Below, one piece after another: positions 1 through 10,446 of a stretch of DNA of 64,000 bases. Within the stretch, counting starts at the first letter, position 1. Each line of letters starts with the position of its first letter. The DNA comes from an uncultured Poribacteria bacterium (GTDB taxonomy: Bacteria > Poribacteria > WGA-4E > WGA-3G), in the NCBI GenBank assembly GCA_951813565.1, contig OX638351.1, positions 1,088,001-1,152,000 of the forward strand. Reading direction: 5' to 3'. The position numbers and the translations under genes were made by a program. The notes under the pieces are model-generated. The model did no database searches and was not told where the DNA came from. It saw only the letters and a list, made by a program, of their open reading frames with translations.

Positions 1-2688
1 CACCTGCCACTGTCTTCCGGTTTGTGACGTTAGGACACCTTTGTCAGTTGCGACATAGACTGTTGCATCTGCAAAGACTATCTCTTCAAAATCCTCAAAT
101 ACAAGGGGAAGGTCGGATGTAATGTCTTTCCAATTTTTTCCACCATCAAATGACTGGAATAGATGACCATCATTTTTTCCAACATAGACAGTTTGACCAG
201 AAACAGCCAAACCGATTCCTTTGTAGGAAGCAAGTTCGCCTGTATCTAATCCTGTGTCTACCCATTTTAAGTCTTTAGGATTCCATTTGACAAGATGCTC
301 ATTAAATTCCACGTAAAATGTTTCGCCGCTAACAGCCAATCCACCGATTCTTAGAACACCAAACATATCCAACATATCCAAAATCTTGAGTGCATTATCT
401 ATTGACGTTTCAGCTTTTTCAATAAGACTATCAGAGGTGTTAGTAGTTTCAACGTCTCCATTTTTTTGACCTAACTCGCTGGATAAGAGATTTGACTCAA
501 TGGCGGGTATTCCATGAATTGGAACGAAGGCGTCGCCGCTGTCAGATAAACGATAAAGACGGGTGTTACTCACTAAAACACCGAAAACCCCGTAAAGTGA
601 GTTTTCCGAAACCGTTAACATCGGTTGGAAGAATAAAGTTTCTTTCTCAGAACCGACGCGTACGTTTGACCATGTATCACCACCGTCAGTAGATTGGACA
701 ATCTCTCTATAAGTGTGCGCGTAGAGTCGGTTTTTGAACGCTACGAAGTTATCAAATTTGCTGCCTACTATTCCTTTCATAAAAGGATGCCATGATTCAC
801 CAGCATCAATAGAACGTTCAAGTCTGTAAAAACTTTCCTTATAAAACGTATCCTCATTCACTGCCACAGCAAGGGAATCAAGGATTGCATCCGAACCCAA
901 AGTTCTATCCAACTCTGTCCATGTTTCTCCTCTATCTCTGGAACGGTAGGTATTCCGTCCCATCGCTAAAACCGTCTTGCCAGCAGCCAAAATTTTGACT
1001 CCGGATGGGAAGATCTCAATAAAAGTCTTATTTCTGGGTGTTATTTTTATCCATGAATCTCCTAAATCTTCTGAGCGGAATATCTCCCAACTATTAGAAT
1101 TCTCTTTACGCATCAATTCTCTTACCAACTTTGTTTTTAATTCGGATGTAGTCAGTTCTGAATCGCCAGGTTTCATTCCGACATAGAGCGTGTTTTCAGA
1201 TACAGCCAACGATTTGATTGTTCTGAATTTCCCCACCGATAACTGTTCCCAGGTATCTGTCTTGAGACGGTAGATACCTCGGTTTGTTCCGACGAATACT
1301 GTGTTTCCGATGACAGCCGCTGCAGTGACTTCCCTATCTTTCAATTCATCGTTAAATAATGCCCAATGTTTGCCAGCATCGGTGGATCTGAAAATTTCAT
1401 CGTCCATTACAAGATAAAATGCTTCGTCAGTTGTCAAAAATTCAATAACAGATCCTGTTGGACGAGGTCCAACAGAATCCCAAGTTACGCCACCATCGTT
1501 TGAAGCAAAGGTTTGATCAGTAGAGACGATATAAAGGGTGCCCTCATGTTCTGCCATTGGCATTTCAAAGTAAGTTTCTGTTGGTACAGTGTTGTTGATT
1601 AGTACCCAACCGCTCTCATCTTCTGTCATTTTGTAGATACCTGTAGGCGACACAGCGTAGAGTGATTCTTCGGATGTTAGAAAAATTTCATGTACATTTC
1701 CACCTTGCGGACCTCTTGCCTGAGTCCACTGATGTGTTGTGGCAGAAATCTTGGATGAATCTTCTTGGTTATTTGCTGCTAAAACATCGTCAGATACTTG
1801 TTGACCCGCTCCATTGTTCTTATTTGCCAGAACAGCATTCCCTATCCGGCGCCGTGTATCAGGTTCTGGCTGGATATTGAGGATAATAGAAGTATCAACG
1901 ATTTCAATAGCAGTTTCTGATTGTGCCTCTAAACTGTAAGGTTTCTGAAAATGGTTGAGGAGTTGATTGCTGGCACCCAATAGTAAGATAAAGATAACAG
2001 CGGCTGATCCCAAAGCTGCCCACGGCACCAGAGGTCGTCCACTTGAAGCTGGTGTCGGTGTAATGTGCGTAATCTGTTCCATGATGTTTTCGGTTAAGTT
2101 GGCAGGTAATTGGATGCTGCCAAGCGTTTCCCGAATCATCGATTCTTCTTTCTGCAAACGTTTGCGTGCGCGTCGCAACCGACTCCTAATCGTATTCACG
2201 GATACACCCATAAATTTACTTATCGCTTCAGATGTCATTTCACCGAGATAGTGTAGCGTTACGACTGTGCGTTCGCTCTCCGGTAATTTTTCAAGAAGAT
2301 TTTTAACAAGTTCACGACGGTGTTCCGCTGCAGCCTTCTCACGTTCTTCGGCTACAAAACGTTCATAAGCAGTTTTCTCTAAGGTCTTTGTTTTGGTGGC
2401 TTCTAATGATTGCATAGTTGGTTTCTTCCTTCTGTGCCAGTCTGTACACAGGTTCCTGGCGATTACATAAAGCCATCCGGCAAATTGATTCGGGTTCTTT
2501 AAAGTGGCAAGTTTCTTATATGCCTGCAGGAAGGTATCTTGGGTGATTTCTTCGGCTACCTGAAAATCACCTATTTGTCGCCAAGCAAGCGCATGAACAC
2601 TCTTTTGGTATTTTTGGACTAAATCACTGAAAGCTGAATCGTCACCCGACAAGATGTTGCGAATCAGTTCAACATCGTCTTTTTCCAT
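1..2688 (-). CDS. ECF-type sigma-70 factor fused to a TM helix and an Asp-box beta-propeller (3' end runs off the window; absent from the ORF track)
   Basis: Manual translation from ATG 2688 (GGAGG RBS upstream). MEKDDVELIRNILSGDDSAFSDLVQKYQKSVHALAWRQIGDFQVAEEITQDTFLQAY is sigma region 2 and LPESERTVVTLHYLGEMTSEAISKFMGVSVNTIRSRLRRARKRL is region 4. These are followed by hydrophobic PWAALGSAAVIFILLLGA and repeated SxDxGxxW boxes (SNDGGVTW, STDAGKHW, SEDLGDSW, SRDRGETW, SIDAGESW, STDGGDTW, SFDGGKNW). The frame reads open down to base 1 (>896 aa). Confidence 0.9.
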   Translation of the reverse strand, partial: MEKDDVELIRNILSGDDSAFSDLVQKYQKSVHALAWRQIGDFQVAEEITQDTFLQAYKKLATLKNPNQFAGWLYVIARNLCTDWHRRKKPTMQSLEATKTKTLEKTAYERFVAEEREKAAAEHRRELVKNLLEKLPESERTVVTLHYLGEMTSEAISKFMGVSVNTIRSRLRRARKRLQKEESMIRETLGSIQLPANLTENIMEQITHITPTPASSGRPLVPWAALGSAAVIFILLLGASNQLLNHFQKPYSLEAQSETAIEIVDTSIILNIQPEPDTRRRIGNAVLANKNNGAGQQVSDDVLAANNQEDSSKISATTHQWTQARGPQGGNVHEIFLTSEESLYAVSPTGIYKMTEDESGWVLINNTVPTETYFEMPMAEHEGTLYIVSTDQTFASNDGGVTWDSVGPRPTGSVIEFLTTDEAFYLVMDDEIFRSTDAGKHWALFNDELKDREVTAAAVIGNTVFVGTNRGIYRLKTDTWEQLSVGKFRTIKSLAVSENTLYVGMKPGDSELTTSELKTKLVRELMRKENSNSWEIFRSEDLGDSWIKITPRNKTFIEIFPSGVKILAAGKTVLAMGRNTYRSRDRGETWTELDRTLGSDAILDSLAVAVNEDTFYKESFYRLERSIDAGESWHPFMKGIVGSKFDNFVAFKNRLYAHTYREIVQSTDGGDTWSNVRVGSEKETLFFQPMLTVSENSLYGVFGVLVSNTRLYRLSDSGDAFVPIHGIPAIESNLLSSELGQKNGDVETTNTSDSLIEKAETSIDNALKILDMLDMFGVLRIGGLAVSGETFYVEFNEHLVKWNPKDLKWVDTGLDTGELASYKGIGLAVSGQTVYVGKNDGHLFQSFDGGKNWKDITSDLPLVFEDFEEIVFADATVYVATDKGVLTSQTGRQWQV

Positions 2689-2788
2689 CGGAGTCCTCCA
2701 CAAAAGATTGGTTTGTGATTATTAGTGACGTAATTCTTTAGTAAAAAAGGTGCATAATTTGAAAAAAAAAATGTAAAATTCTGGATTT

Positions 2789-2923
2789 TATAGTAAATTA
2801 TGTAAATAAGTTCACATATATTCTGTAGGAGCGATCTCCGAATCGCGACGAAACCACTGTTAGTCGGGAATCGGAGTTCCCTCGGACAGCTCAGATGTCC
2901 AGTTAATTGTAGAATCCACTATA
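2789..2923. mobile_element. MITE-like element (imperfect TATAGT...ACTATA ends) enclosing a GTAG-type REP
   Basis: Ends tatagtaaattatgtaaataagttcacat / atgtccagttaattgtagaatccactata. Internal gtaggagcgatctccgaatcgcgac...gtcgggaatcggagttccctc. Similar end type at 26159-26455. Confidence 0.55.
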
Positions 2924-3028
2924 ATTCAAATTTATTCTGCAGTATGCCACAAAATACGAGATTATAGCGTTTCCATTCCGTTCAATCGAACTTTCTAACC
3001 AATGCTCTTAATCAACAAAAATTTACCC

Positions 3029-3057
3029 TTGACACAGGTTAAAGAAACATATATATT
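3029..3057 (+). promoter_or_regulatory. sigma70 promoter (possibly leaderless transcript)
   Basis: TTGACA-17 nt-TATATT; the ATG at 3065 is only 7 nt after the -10 box and has no SD. Confidence 0.6.
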
Positions 3058-3064
3058 AAACCAC

Positions 3065-3721
3065 ATGATGAAACTCTTATCCATAAATGTTTCAAAGCCG
3101 AAACCTATTGAATATGGTGGTAAAACTATTCAAACGGGGATTTTTAAAGAGCCGGTATCGGGTACGGTGATGCTAAGAAAAAAAAACATTGACGGTGATG
3201 GTCAAGGCGACCTAAAGGTGCATGGCGGCACCTATAAAGCGATCTACGGCTATCCGATTGAACATTATTCTCACTGGCAGCAGGAATTAAACAGAGATGA
3301 TTTGTCGCATGGGCAATTCGGTGAAAATCTGACTGTTGAAGGCATGCTGGAGGAAGAGGTCCATATCGGGGATGTCTTTCAAATAGGCACAACAGTCCAA
3401 CTACAAATTACACAACCGCGTGTCCCTTGTTTCAAATTAGCATATAAAATGGGATTACCAGAATTCCCAAAGCAATTTTTGGAGAGTCGACGCGTTGGTT
3501 TTTATTTTAGAGTGCTTGCAGAAGGTGAGATTACCGCTGGTGATGCAATTTCACGTATTGAGATCGCATCGGAACAGATGAGTGTCACAGAGATTCTTAA
3601 CCTACGTTATTTTGAGACAAATAACCACGAAAAGATGGCAAAAGCGAGGAAACTATCTGCCCTCTCACCGAGTTGGAAAAAGGACTTTATCCGTATCTTA
3701 CAAACGAAAAACCTGATTTAG
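3065..3721 (+). CDS. MOSC domain protein (YiiM-like, with 3-alpha C-terminus)
   Basis: TGIFKEPV...[48 protein letters not shown]. Start moved to ATG 3065, downstream of the promoter. Confidence 0.9.
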   Translation: MMKLLSINVSKPKPIEYGGKTIQTGIFKEPVSGTVMLRKKNIDGDGQGDLKVHGGTYKAIYGYPIEHYSHWQQELNRDDLSHGQFGENLTVEGMLEEEVHIGDVFQIGTTVQLQITQPRVPCFKLAYKMGLPEFPKQFLESRRVGFYFRVLAEGEITAGDAISRIEIASEQMSVTEILNLRYFETNNHEKMAKARKLSALSPSWKKDFIRILQTKNLI

Positions 3722-3725
3722 AAAA

Positions 3726-4457
3726 ATGAATATATTCAAAGCAAATACTAAAAAGGAAACAAGTGAAGCAGCGGCAAACGCTGCAAGTACAAAACTGCGA
3801 GAAGCGATTACTATCAATGGACATGCTCGTTTTATCGTTGCAACGGGGGCATCACAATTCGATTTTCTCAATACATTGACTGCTGACACTGCAATTGATT
3901 GGACGAAGACGACGATGTTTCATCTGGATGAGTACATCGGAATTTCAGATTCGCATCCCGCCAGTTTCCGCAAATATCTACAGGAGCGGTTAGTGGATAT
4001 AGTGCAACCAGCAACAGTGCATTTTCTAAACGGTGAAACAGACAATCCGCAATCTGAATGTGACAGGCTCAATGAGATTATTTCACAACACCAAATTGAT
4101 GTGGCATTTGTCGGTATCGGTGAAAATGGACATCTTGCGTTTAACGATCCACCCGCTGACTTTGAGACAGAATATCCTTATATTGTCGTTGAATTAGATG
4201 AGGCGTGTCGTCTTCAGCAGGTCGGCGAAGGATGGTTCAATGGGTTAGATGATGTGCCGACTCATGCGATCTCAATGTCTATTTGCGAAATAATGAAGGC
4301 GAAAACGATTATTTGCACAGTGCCAGATGAACGAAAAGCGGAGGCGGTGCAGAATTGCTTACAAGGTGAAATAACACCGATGCACCCCGCCTCTATTTTG
4401 CAAAAACATCCGGATTGCACAGTATATCTGGATTCAGGTTCAGCATCTCTGATTTGA
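3726..4457 (+). CDS. nagB: glucosamine-6-phosphate deaminase family protein
   Basis: [45 protein letters not shown]. Confidence 0.85.
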   Translation: MNIFKANTKKETSEAAANAASTKLREAITINGHARFIVATGASQFDFLNTLTADTAIDWTKTTMFHLDEYIGISDSHPASFRKYLQERLVDIVQPATVHFLNGETDNPQSECDRLNEIISQHQIDVAFVGIGENGHLAFNDPPADFETEYPYIVVELDEACRLQQVGEGWFNGLDDVPTHAISMSICEIMKAKTIICTVPDERKAEAVQNCLQGEITPMHPASILQKHPDCTVYLDSGSASLI

Positions 4458-4496
4458 TGATGGATATTTGTTGATTTGTGGAAATGGAGAGTGTTA

Positions 4497-5555
4497 ATGA
4501 AAGATAAAGTCAAGGTTGGAATCATTGGTGTTGGCGGAACGATCAGCAGTACAACAGTGATTCTCAACGGGGAACCAAATGTCCAACTCGTCGCCTTAGC
4601 AGATATGGACGTTAATCGTAGAAAAAGAGTCTTGGGTGATATCAAAGGTGTTCGCGTTTTCGACGATTATCGGCAGATGTTTGATGCATGCGATTTAGAT
4701 GCTGTCTGCATTGGACTTCCGACATGGATGCACGCTTCTGTTTCACAGGAAGCGATAGAGCGTGGGATGCATGTGCTCTGCGAAAAACCACCGTCAAATG
4801 ATGCAGCAGAACTGATACCGGTCACACACCTTGCTGCAAGCAAGGGCTTAACCTATATGTTTGTTCGTCAATCGCGTTTTACGTCCCGGTTAATGGAAGG
4901 TCGTAGGCTTGTGCAAGCGGGGGAACTTGGTGATGTATATTATGCTGAAACTCGGTGGATACGGACACGATGGTGTTCCGCACGCGGGTGGCGGCATGAT
5001 AAAGCAAAGGGCGGAGGCGTCCTACTTGATCTCGGTATCCACGCGATTGACAATGTCTGGTTTATGATGGGTTGTCCGCGTCCGACAGAAGTTATGGCGG
5101 GGTTATACTGTACATTCTCTCACCTCGCTCCTCCTGAGCAGACCTACACTGCAGACGATGCCGCGTGTGGGTTTGTCCGATTTGGGAACGGATGTACCTT
5201 ACATTTTGCTGTTGCATTTTCACTGAATACGACGAACCGACACACGCCAGCAGCCGATAACGACCTCGTCAAAAGTGAGATTCAGGAGTTTCACCTTTAC
5301 GGTACAAAGGCAGGACTTGAAAATGGGAAATTACTAGTAGGGACTCCTGATGGTGTTAAGGTCAAACCGATGAAACCAGCACCACAAAAAGCTGATGAGA
5401 TAACACTTCAGGCGAGAGAGTTCATACGAGCAATCAGAGAAGAGGATGAGTCGCTCAATTCAGGTTCGCAAGCAGTGATGCTCATGCAGATGCTTGATGC
5501 TGCGATGAAATCCAGTGAGATTGGCAGTGCCGTTGCGATTCAGCCAATTGCATAA
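4497..5555 (+). CDS. Gfo/Idh/MocA family oxidoreductase
   Basis: KVGIIGVG, HVLCEKP, GGGVLLDLGIHAID; GGAG RBS before ATG 4497. Confidence 0.9.
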   Translation: MKDKVKVGIIGVGGTISSTTVILNGEPNVQLVALADMDVNRRKRVLGDIKGVRVFDDYRQMFDACDLDAVCIGLPTWMHASVSQEAIERGMHVLCEKPPSNDAAELIPVTHLAASKGLTYMFVRQSRFTSRLMEGRRLVQAGELGDVYYAETRWIRTRWCSARGWRHDKAKGGGVLLDLGIHAIDNVWFMMGCPRPTEVMAGLYCTFSHLAPPEQTYTADDAACGFVRFGNGCTLHFAVAFSLNTTNRHTPAADNDLVKSEIQEFHLYGTKAGLENGKLLVGTPDGVKVKPMKPAPQKADEITLQAREFIRAIREEDESLNSGSQAVMLMQMLDAAMKSSEIGSAVAIQPIA

Positions 5556-5569
5556 GTTCAAAAAGGAGA

Positions 5570-6457
5570 ATGGCAATGACTATACAGCACGATCAAAATG
5601 GACTCACAGCACAACAAAAACAACAATTTTATGACGATGGATTTTTGCATGTCCGAAATTTACTGCCTAATGAGGCACTTCAACCTTTGAGAGATGAATT
5701 AGATAAAAAGGTTGATGAGGGCACGCAGGCAGCAGTAAAAGCGGGTATCCTTGATCCATCAAATACGTATGATGATGAACCATTTGAGACGCGATTAGGT
5801 TTGGTATCCAGTGCCTGTTCCGATCCGAATTGGATTTGGCGGAACAATTTCAGCAATCAGAAAATACGTACCGCTGGCATGTTTACGCTTAGAACAGCAC
5901 CAGAATTGCTTGATGTTGTTGGTTCACTTATTAGTCAGGAAATTTTTGCCCATCCCCAGTTTAACTATCGTGCGAAACTGCCAAATCAGGATATAACTGT
6001 TATTCCGTGGCACCAAGATTTAGCGTATCTTATCCCTGAAGAAGCAGGAGAAACGTTGGTTGCGAACGTCTGGCTTCCGTTGGTTAGAGCATACAAAGAG
6101 AACGGATGTATGCAAGTTATCCGAGGTTCACATCGCTTCAATCTAATTAACCATAACTATCAAGATCCGACACCGGGTCATACAGGCGGTAAAGGTATTA
6201 GTGAAGCGGAATTACCACCCGGCGACATCGTTACTGCTGAACTTGATGTCGGTGACATTTTACTAACAAGTGAGCGGGTGGTCCACCGCGGGCTACCGAA
6301 CCGTGGGAAGACGGTCAGATGGAGTGTTGATACGCGCTATAGCCAAATTGGTTTGCCCACTGGGCGTGCAAATGTGCCAGGGTTTGTTGCTCGGAGTCAG
6401 AAAAATCCTGAGAGCGTTGCCAAATCTCATCATGACTGGAATCGGCAATTTGTATAG
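5570..6457 (+). CDS. phytanoyl-CoA dioxygenase (PhyH) family Fe/2OG dioxygenase
   Basis: LTAQQKQQFYDDGFL, PWHQDLAY, ENGCMQVIRGSH, VHRGLPNR...RWSVD. Confidence 0.9.
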   Translation: MAMTIQHDQNGLTAQQKQQFYDDGFLHVRNLLPNEALQPLRDELDKKVDEGTQAAVKAGILDPSNTYDDEPFETRLGLVSSACSDPNWIWRNNFSNQKIRTAGMFTLRTAPELLDVVGSLISQEIFAHPQFNYRAKLPNQDITVIPWHQDLAYLIPEEAGETLVANVWLPLVRAYKENGCMQVIRGSHRFNLINHNYQDPTPGHTGGKGISEAELPPGDIVTAELDVGDILLTSERVVHRGLPNRGKTVRWSVDTRYSQIGLPTGRANVPGFVARSQKNPESVAKSHHDWNRQFV

Positions 6458-6516
6458 GTCTGCTCGCAACAGAATAGCTGCACAAAATAATATTAGAGCG
6501 TATCTCATAAATCATT

Positions 6517-6631
6517 TGTAGAGCGAGGTCCCGGGAATGCCTTATGGCATTCCCCGGGACCCCGCCCTACAGTAGGAAACGCCGCATAATCATTGCAAAT
6601 TGAACCTATGTAACCAAATATTTACACACCT
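6517..6631. repeat. GTAG-REP with nested GAATGCC/GGCATTC palindrome, plus a ~60-nt flank shared (inverted) with 17212-17276
   Basis: gtagagcgaggtcc[cgggaatgccttatggcattcccc]gggaccccgccctac. The reverse complement of 6568-6631 is nearly identical to gggtgtgtaaatatttggttacataggttcaatttgcaatgattacgcggcg at 17212. Confidence 0.8.
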
Positions 6632-6717
6632 TTTCTCAAAAAAAAACACTTGACACATTTTTACTTCTATGATATGTTTAAAATTGCTAACATACTATAT
6701 TATAGGAGGCATTTTGA

Positions 6718-7467
6718 ATGTATCGTATTATATTTTTACTTCTCATTACCGGATTGCTGGTGATACCTTTCCACGCTGAAGCATTTAACTTAAAGGATAA
6801 GGAACTGCTACTTTACTTTTCCTTTGATGACAAAGGAGATGTAGTAGAGGATTTATCGCCACATGGAAACGATGGCGAAATCGTCGGAGGCGCCGAATTT
6901 GTTGATGGTAAAGTGGGACAGGCTTTAAAGTTCAGCCAAAATGCAGAGGTTAAGGCACCCCATATTCCACTGAACGACAAGAGTTTTACGGTGACATTAT
7001 GGGCAAAGCCTGCATTGTCTGGTGGTGACCAACAGTGTGTCTTTTCACAGACACAAGTCAATGCTGGCAACACAAGTCTACACTACCGTATTTACAACAA
7101 TGGCACTGTCCGCATGGGATTTTATGGCAATGACCTTGACGCTGCCGCTGCAGTTAAAGCAGACGAGTGGGCACATATCTGTTTCTGGTTAGATGCAGAT
7201 GAGAAAACCCGAAGGATCTATATTAACGGCGAGCAGAAGGCAGAAGATAAGGACAAATCTCTCTACAAGGGGACGGCTGGAGATACTATGGTAGGATCAT
7301 GGGGGGCAACCGGTCAAAAGTTCAACGGTCTCATTGACGAAGTTATGGTATGGGAACGTGCTTTGACAGAAGCCGAAATTGAGCAGAGCATGGAACCTGG
7401 TGCAGCTGCTGTTGATCCCAACGATAAACTCGCAACCACATGGGGAAATGTGAAAGCCTCTCAGTAG
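6718..7467 (+). CDS. secreted LamG-like jellyroll (concanavalin A-like) protein with C-terminal 'AVDPNDKLATTWGNVK' motif
   Basis: Signal peptide, LLLYFSFDD...DLSPHGNDG, GKVGQALKF, WAHI, FNGLIDEVMVWERALTEAEI. Confidence 0.88.
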   Translation: MYRIIFLLLITGLLVIPFHAEAFNLKDKELLLYFSFDDKGDVVEDLSPHGNDGEIVGGAEFVDGKVGQALKFSQNAEVKAPHIPLNDKSFTVTLWAKPALSGGDQQCVFSQTQVNAGNTSLHYRIYNNGTVRMGFYGNDLDAAAAVKADEWAHICFWLDADEKTRRIYINGEQKAEDKDKSLYKGTAGDTMVGSWGATGQKFNGLIDEVMVWERALTEAEIEQSMEPGAAAVDPNDKLATTWGNVKASQ

Positions 7468-7491
7468 ATTTTACTTTTTTTTGATGAAATT

Positions 7492-7522
7492 ATATAGGCG
7501 CGGTTACACACCGCGCCTATAT
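7492..7522. terminator. palindromic REP-like hairpin between convergent genes (bidirectional terminator candidate)
   Basis: atataggcgcggt-tacac-accgcgcctatat, a 13-bp perfect stem. Confidence 0.6.
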
Positions 7523-7560
7523 TGCTTTTGGTTAGAGATTCGGGAAAACTTGCTGATTTC

Positions 7561-8613
7561 CTATATCGAACCGTCTCCAAACTTCTTCTGAAACAGCGAC
7601 ACAGTATCGTGATCAGGATGATTCGGTAGTTCTGCGGGCGACTCCCAGTCTTCGGCAACATCAGTAAGTTTCACAGGTTTCCCATCGTTTTCTAAAATTG
7701 ACTTCCAACCTGCAAGGAAGACGTTGGTCTTATGCATTATCTGCCCATAAGTCTGTGACATTTCGTTGTGCAGTGCCATGTTTTGGAATGCCCAAATTGT
7801 CGGCATCCAAATTTCCGTTTTATCAAACGGATAACCGGTACCGGTATGGATTCTAAAATTCTCGCCTCCGTAAGCTTCACGCGTGTGAATCTGCACTGTC
7901 CCCCATGAACCGCTCACCTGATGGAGCGTCCCATAGAATTGATGTCCCTCACCATTAACGTGCTCAAGTGTAATGACGCCGGGAGGACTATGCCAACTAT
8001 CCGCCTGATATGCAACTGACACAACAGGATTTCCTGCCTCTACGATTGCCTTGCACACCATATAAACACCGTGAATTCCGTGTGTAGGATAGTCATCAAA
8101 CGAGTTGGTAGCCGTGTAACAGACGATTTGCTTGTCACTTGCCCATGCCTTCGCCCGTGAGATCGGATCGTTATGTTCGTGGCTTGATGGGACGAGGATT
8201 GTGGCACCGTGTTTTTCTGCCAACTCTACCATTTTCCGTGCTTTCGCCAGGGAATTGGCAAACGGACGATTGATTAGGTTCGGCAAACCCGCTTCAAGAT
8301 AGGGTTCATGCAGGATATGATTCCATGGGTGGTTATAGTATCCGCCAGAAATTATGCCATCCACTTTTCCTAACATGTCATCAAAATTCTTGACGACTTC
8401 GCAACCGTAAGATTCTGCGATTGCTTTTGCTTTCTCATATTCTATATCCCAACAGTGTGTGATGTGCATTCCAGTAAAAGGCGTATCTTTCTGACCGACG
8501 CGCGGGTTAATGTGCGGTGCCCACAACGGCATGTGCGAATAAGAATCGACATTCAAAAATCCGACGCGGAAAGGTTCATAATCGTGGCGGCGAGTGTCAC
8601 TTGATGCTTTCAT
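7561..8613 (-). CDS. putative Gfo/Idh/MocA-like oxidoreductase
   Basis: AGGAG RBS before ATG 8613. FRVGFLNVDSYSH..., YGCEVVKNFDDMLGKVDGII, PYLEAGLPNLINRPFANSLAKARKMVELAEKHG, THGIH. Confidence 0.7.
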   Translation of the reverse strand: MKASSDTRRHDYEPFRVGFLNVDSYSHMPLWAPHINPRVGQKDTPFTGMHITHCWDIEYEKAKAIAESYGCEVVKNFDDMLGKVDGIISGGYYNHPWNHILHEPYLEAGLPNLINRPFANSLAKARKMVELAEKHGATILVPSSHEHNDPISRAKAWASDKQIVCYTATNSFDDYPTHGIHGVYMVCKAIVEAGNPVVSVAYQADSWHSPPGVITLEHVNGEGHQFYGTLHQVSGSWGTVQIHTREAYGGENFRIHTGTGYPFDKTEIWMPTIWAFQNMALHNEMSQTYGQIMHKTNVFLAGWKSILENDGKPVKLTDVAEDWESPAELPNHPDHDTVSLFQKKFGDGSI

Positions 8614-8718
8614 GTCAGTCTCCTTTTCAGGTCTTCCCAAAGTTATTCTCTGCAAAATAGGTTACCAAATGCCCACAAAAATTGGGTATAATATATAGGA
8701 CTTTACCCGAAATGTCAA

Positions 8719-9606
8719 ATGTTTTACAAATCATTCCGTTTTATGAAAGGAAAACTGGTGGAAGCACCAATATATGGATTAACCGTCCGCGGTGTCACAA
8801 AACATTTTCACAAAACTAAAAAATCAGACGAAAAACTGCGTTTTTATCAAAATATTCGCCAATTATTCAAGCGCGAAAAAGAGACGATTCGTGCTGTTGA
8901 TGGAATTTCACTGGATGTTAGTATCGGTGAAATATACGGCATTTTAGGCGCGAACGGCTCAGGAAAATCAACCCTTATCCGTCTTATCTCAACGCTTCTC
9001 TTACCAGATGCGGGGAGTATTCACGTTTTTGGGGATGATGTCGTTACAAATAGTATGAAGGTAAGACGTGTGATGAACCGTGTTTCTGTTGAAGCTTCAT
9101 TTTTTAAACGGCTTTCTTCAGCAGAAAATCTTATTTACGCGGCTCGACTTTACGGTATCTCAGCGGCAGAAGCATCTAAAAGAGCACGCAATATTTTGGA
9201 AAGACTCGGTTTTGAAGCGAAGCGGATGGACGAAGAGATGGAACAACTCTCGCGCGGAATGCAACAGAAAGTCGCGATTGCGCGTGCGCTTTTAACTACG
9301 CCTATGCTTCTGCTACTTGATGAGCCGACAACAGGACTTGATCCGAAATCGAAACGGGATGTGCAAGCCTTCATTGAGGAGATTCGTGATGATCGGAATG
9401 CTGTTATTGTACTAACAACACATGATATGGCAGAAGCAGAAAGGTTGTGTGATAGGATCGCTATCATTGACAACGGTAAGTTTATCGCCGAAGGTACTGT
9501 AAAAGAGCTCATCGCTAAGGTCCCACCGAAAGACAATACACCACTGACTTTAGAAGATGTCTTCATTGCATTGACAGGAAAAAATTTAGAAGAGGGAGAA
9601 GAATAA
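8719..9606 (+). CDS. ABC transporter ATP-binding protein (DrrA/NodI-like exporter)
   Basis: Walker A GANGSGKST, LSRGMQQKV, LLLDEPTTGLD, LTTHDM. Exact start uncertain. Confidence 0.93.
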   Translation: MFYKSFRFMKGKLVEAPIYGLTVRGVTKHFHKTKKSDEKLRFYQNIRQLFKREKETIRAVDGISLDVSIGEIYGILGANGSGKSTLIRLISTLLLPDAGSIHVFGDDVVTNSMKVRRVMNRVSVEASFFKRLSSAENLIYAARLYGISAAEASKRARNILERLGFEAKRMDEEMEQLSRGMQQKVAIARALLTTPMLLLLDEPTTGLDPKSKRDVQAFIEEIRDDRNAVIVLTTHDMAEAERLCDRIAIIDNGKFIAEGTVKELIAKVPPKDNTPLTLEDVFIALTGKNLEEGEE

Positions 9607-9610
9607 ACCG

Positions 9611-10417
9611 ATGCTGAACCTCAGGCGAGAAACTATTATTTCCTACGCGTTCATTGAGCGAAATTTTAATCTGTTGAAGCGGTATCTGAATTGGGAAATC
9701 CTGTTTTTTAGCTACTCTATTGTCAACGCATTGACGATTGGGTTAATTATGGTTGGACGAGGGAGTAGTCAAGATGTGCTTTACCTCGTTATTGGCGCAT
9801 TGATATGGGGGTTTCTCTCAATTATGATGCGTGAAGTCAGCGATGCAATTACATGGGAGCGATGGGAAGGCACAATTGAATATACCTTCATGGCGCCGAT
9901 TTACCGCATCACACATCTCGTAGGTTCTTGCCTCTTTGCAATTCTGTATGGACTATTACGAACAGGCTTAGTTTTGGCGATAATGCCGCTCTTTTTTGGA
10001 GATCACATTGATTTAGGGAGCGCGAATTGGTTGACAATGGCAGTGACCGTTGCGGTCTCAAGCCTATCGTTTATCGGTATCGGTTTGATGGCTGCTATTT
10101 TTCCATTGCTTTCACCAGAAAAGGGACAAGCGGCGACAGGGATTCTTCAATCTGTGCTGCTGTTAATTTCCGGTATCTATTATGATATTAGTGTTTTACC
10201 AGAGTGGCTACAGCCGTTCTCAAAAATTTCACCAGCGACTTATACGCTCCGATCCATCCGTGCAGCAATGTTAGAAAATGCATCGGTACAAAGTCAAGCA
10301 GGGAATCTGTTGCTACTGCTCGTCATCGGAATTGTGCTTATTCCGCTTGGATTTTGGGTTTTTCATCTTGCAGAAAAATATGCAAAACGCGTGGGTAGGC
10401 TAAAACGGAGTGGATAA
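9611..10417 (+). CDS. ABC-2 type exporter permease
   Basis: About six TM segments, WERWEGTIEY, SVLPEWLQPFSKISPATY; adjacent to the ATPase. Confidence 0.9.
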   Translation: MLNLRRETIISYAFIERNFNLLKRYLNWEILFFSYSIVNALTIGLIMVGRGSSQDVLYLVIGALIWGFLSIMMREVSDAITWERWEGTIEYTFMAPIYRITHLVGSCLFAILYGLLRTGLVLAIMPLFFGDHIDLGSANWLTMAVTVAVSSLSFIGIGLMAAIFPLLSPEKGQAATGILQSVLLLISGIYYDISVLPEWLQPFSKISPATYTLRSIRAAMLENASVQSQAGNLLLLLVIGIVLIPLGFWVFHLAEKYAKRVGRLKRSG

Positions 10418-10446
10418 CGATTTGTATTACCGTGAATTATCAACAT

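Noticed and set aside
492..2251. Short plus-strand ORFs in the track
   Set aside because: They are antisense to the long minus-strand ECF-propeller gene.
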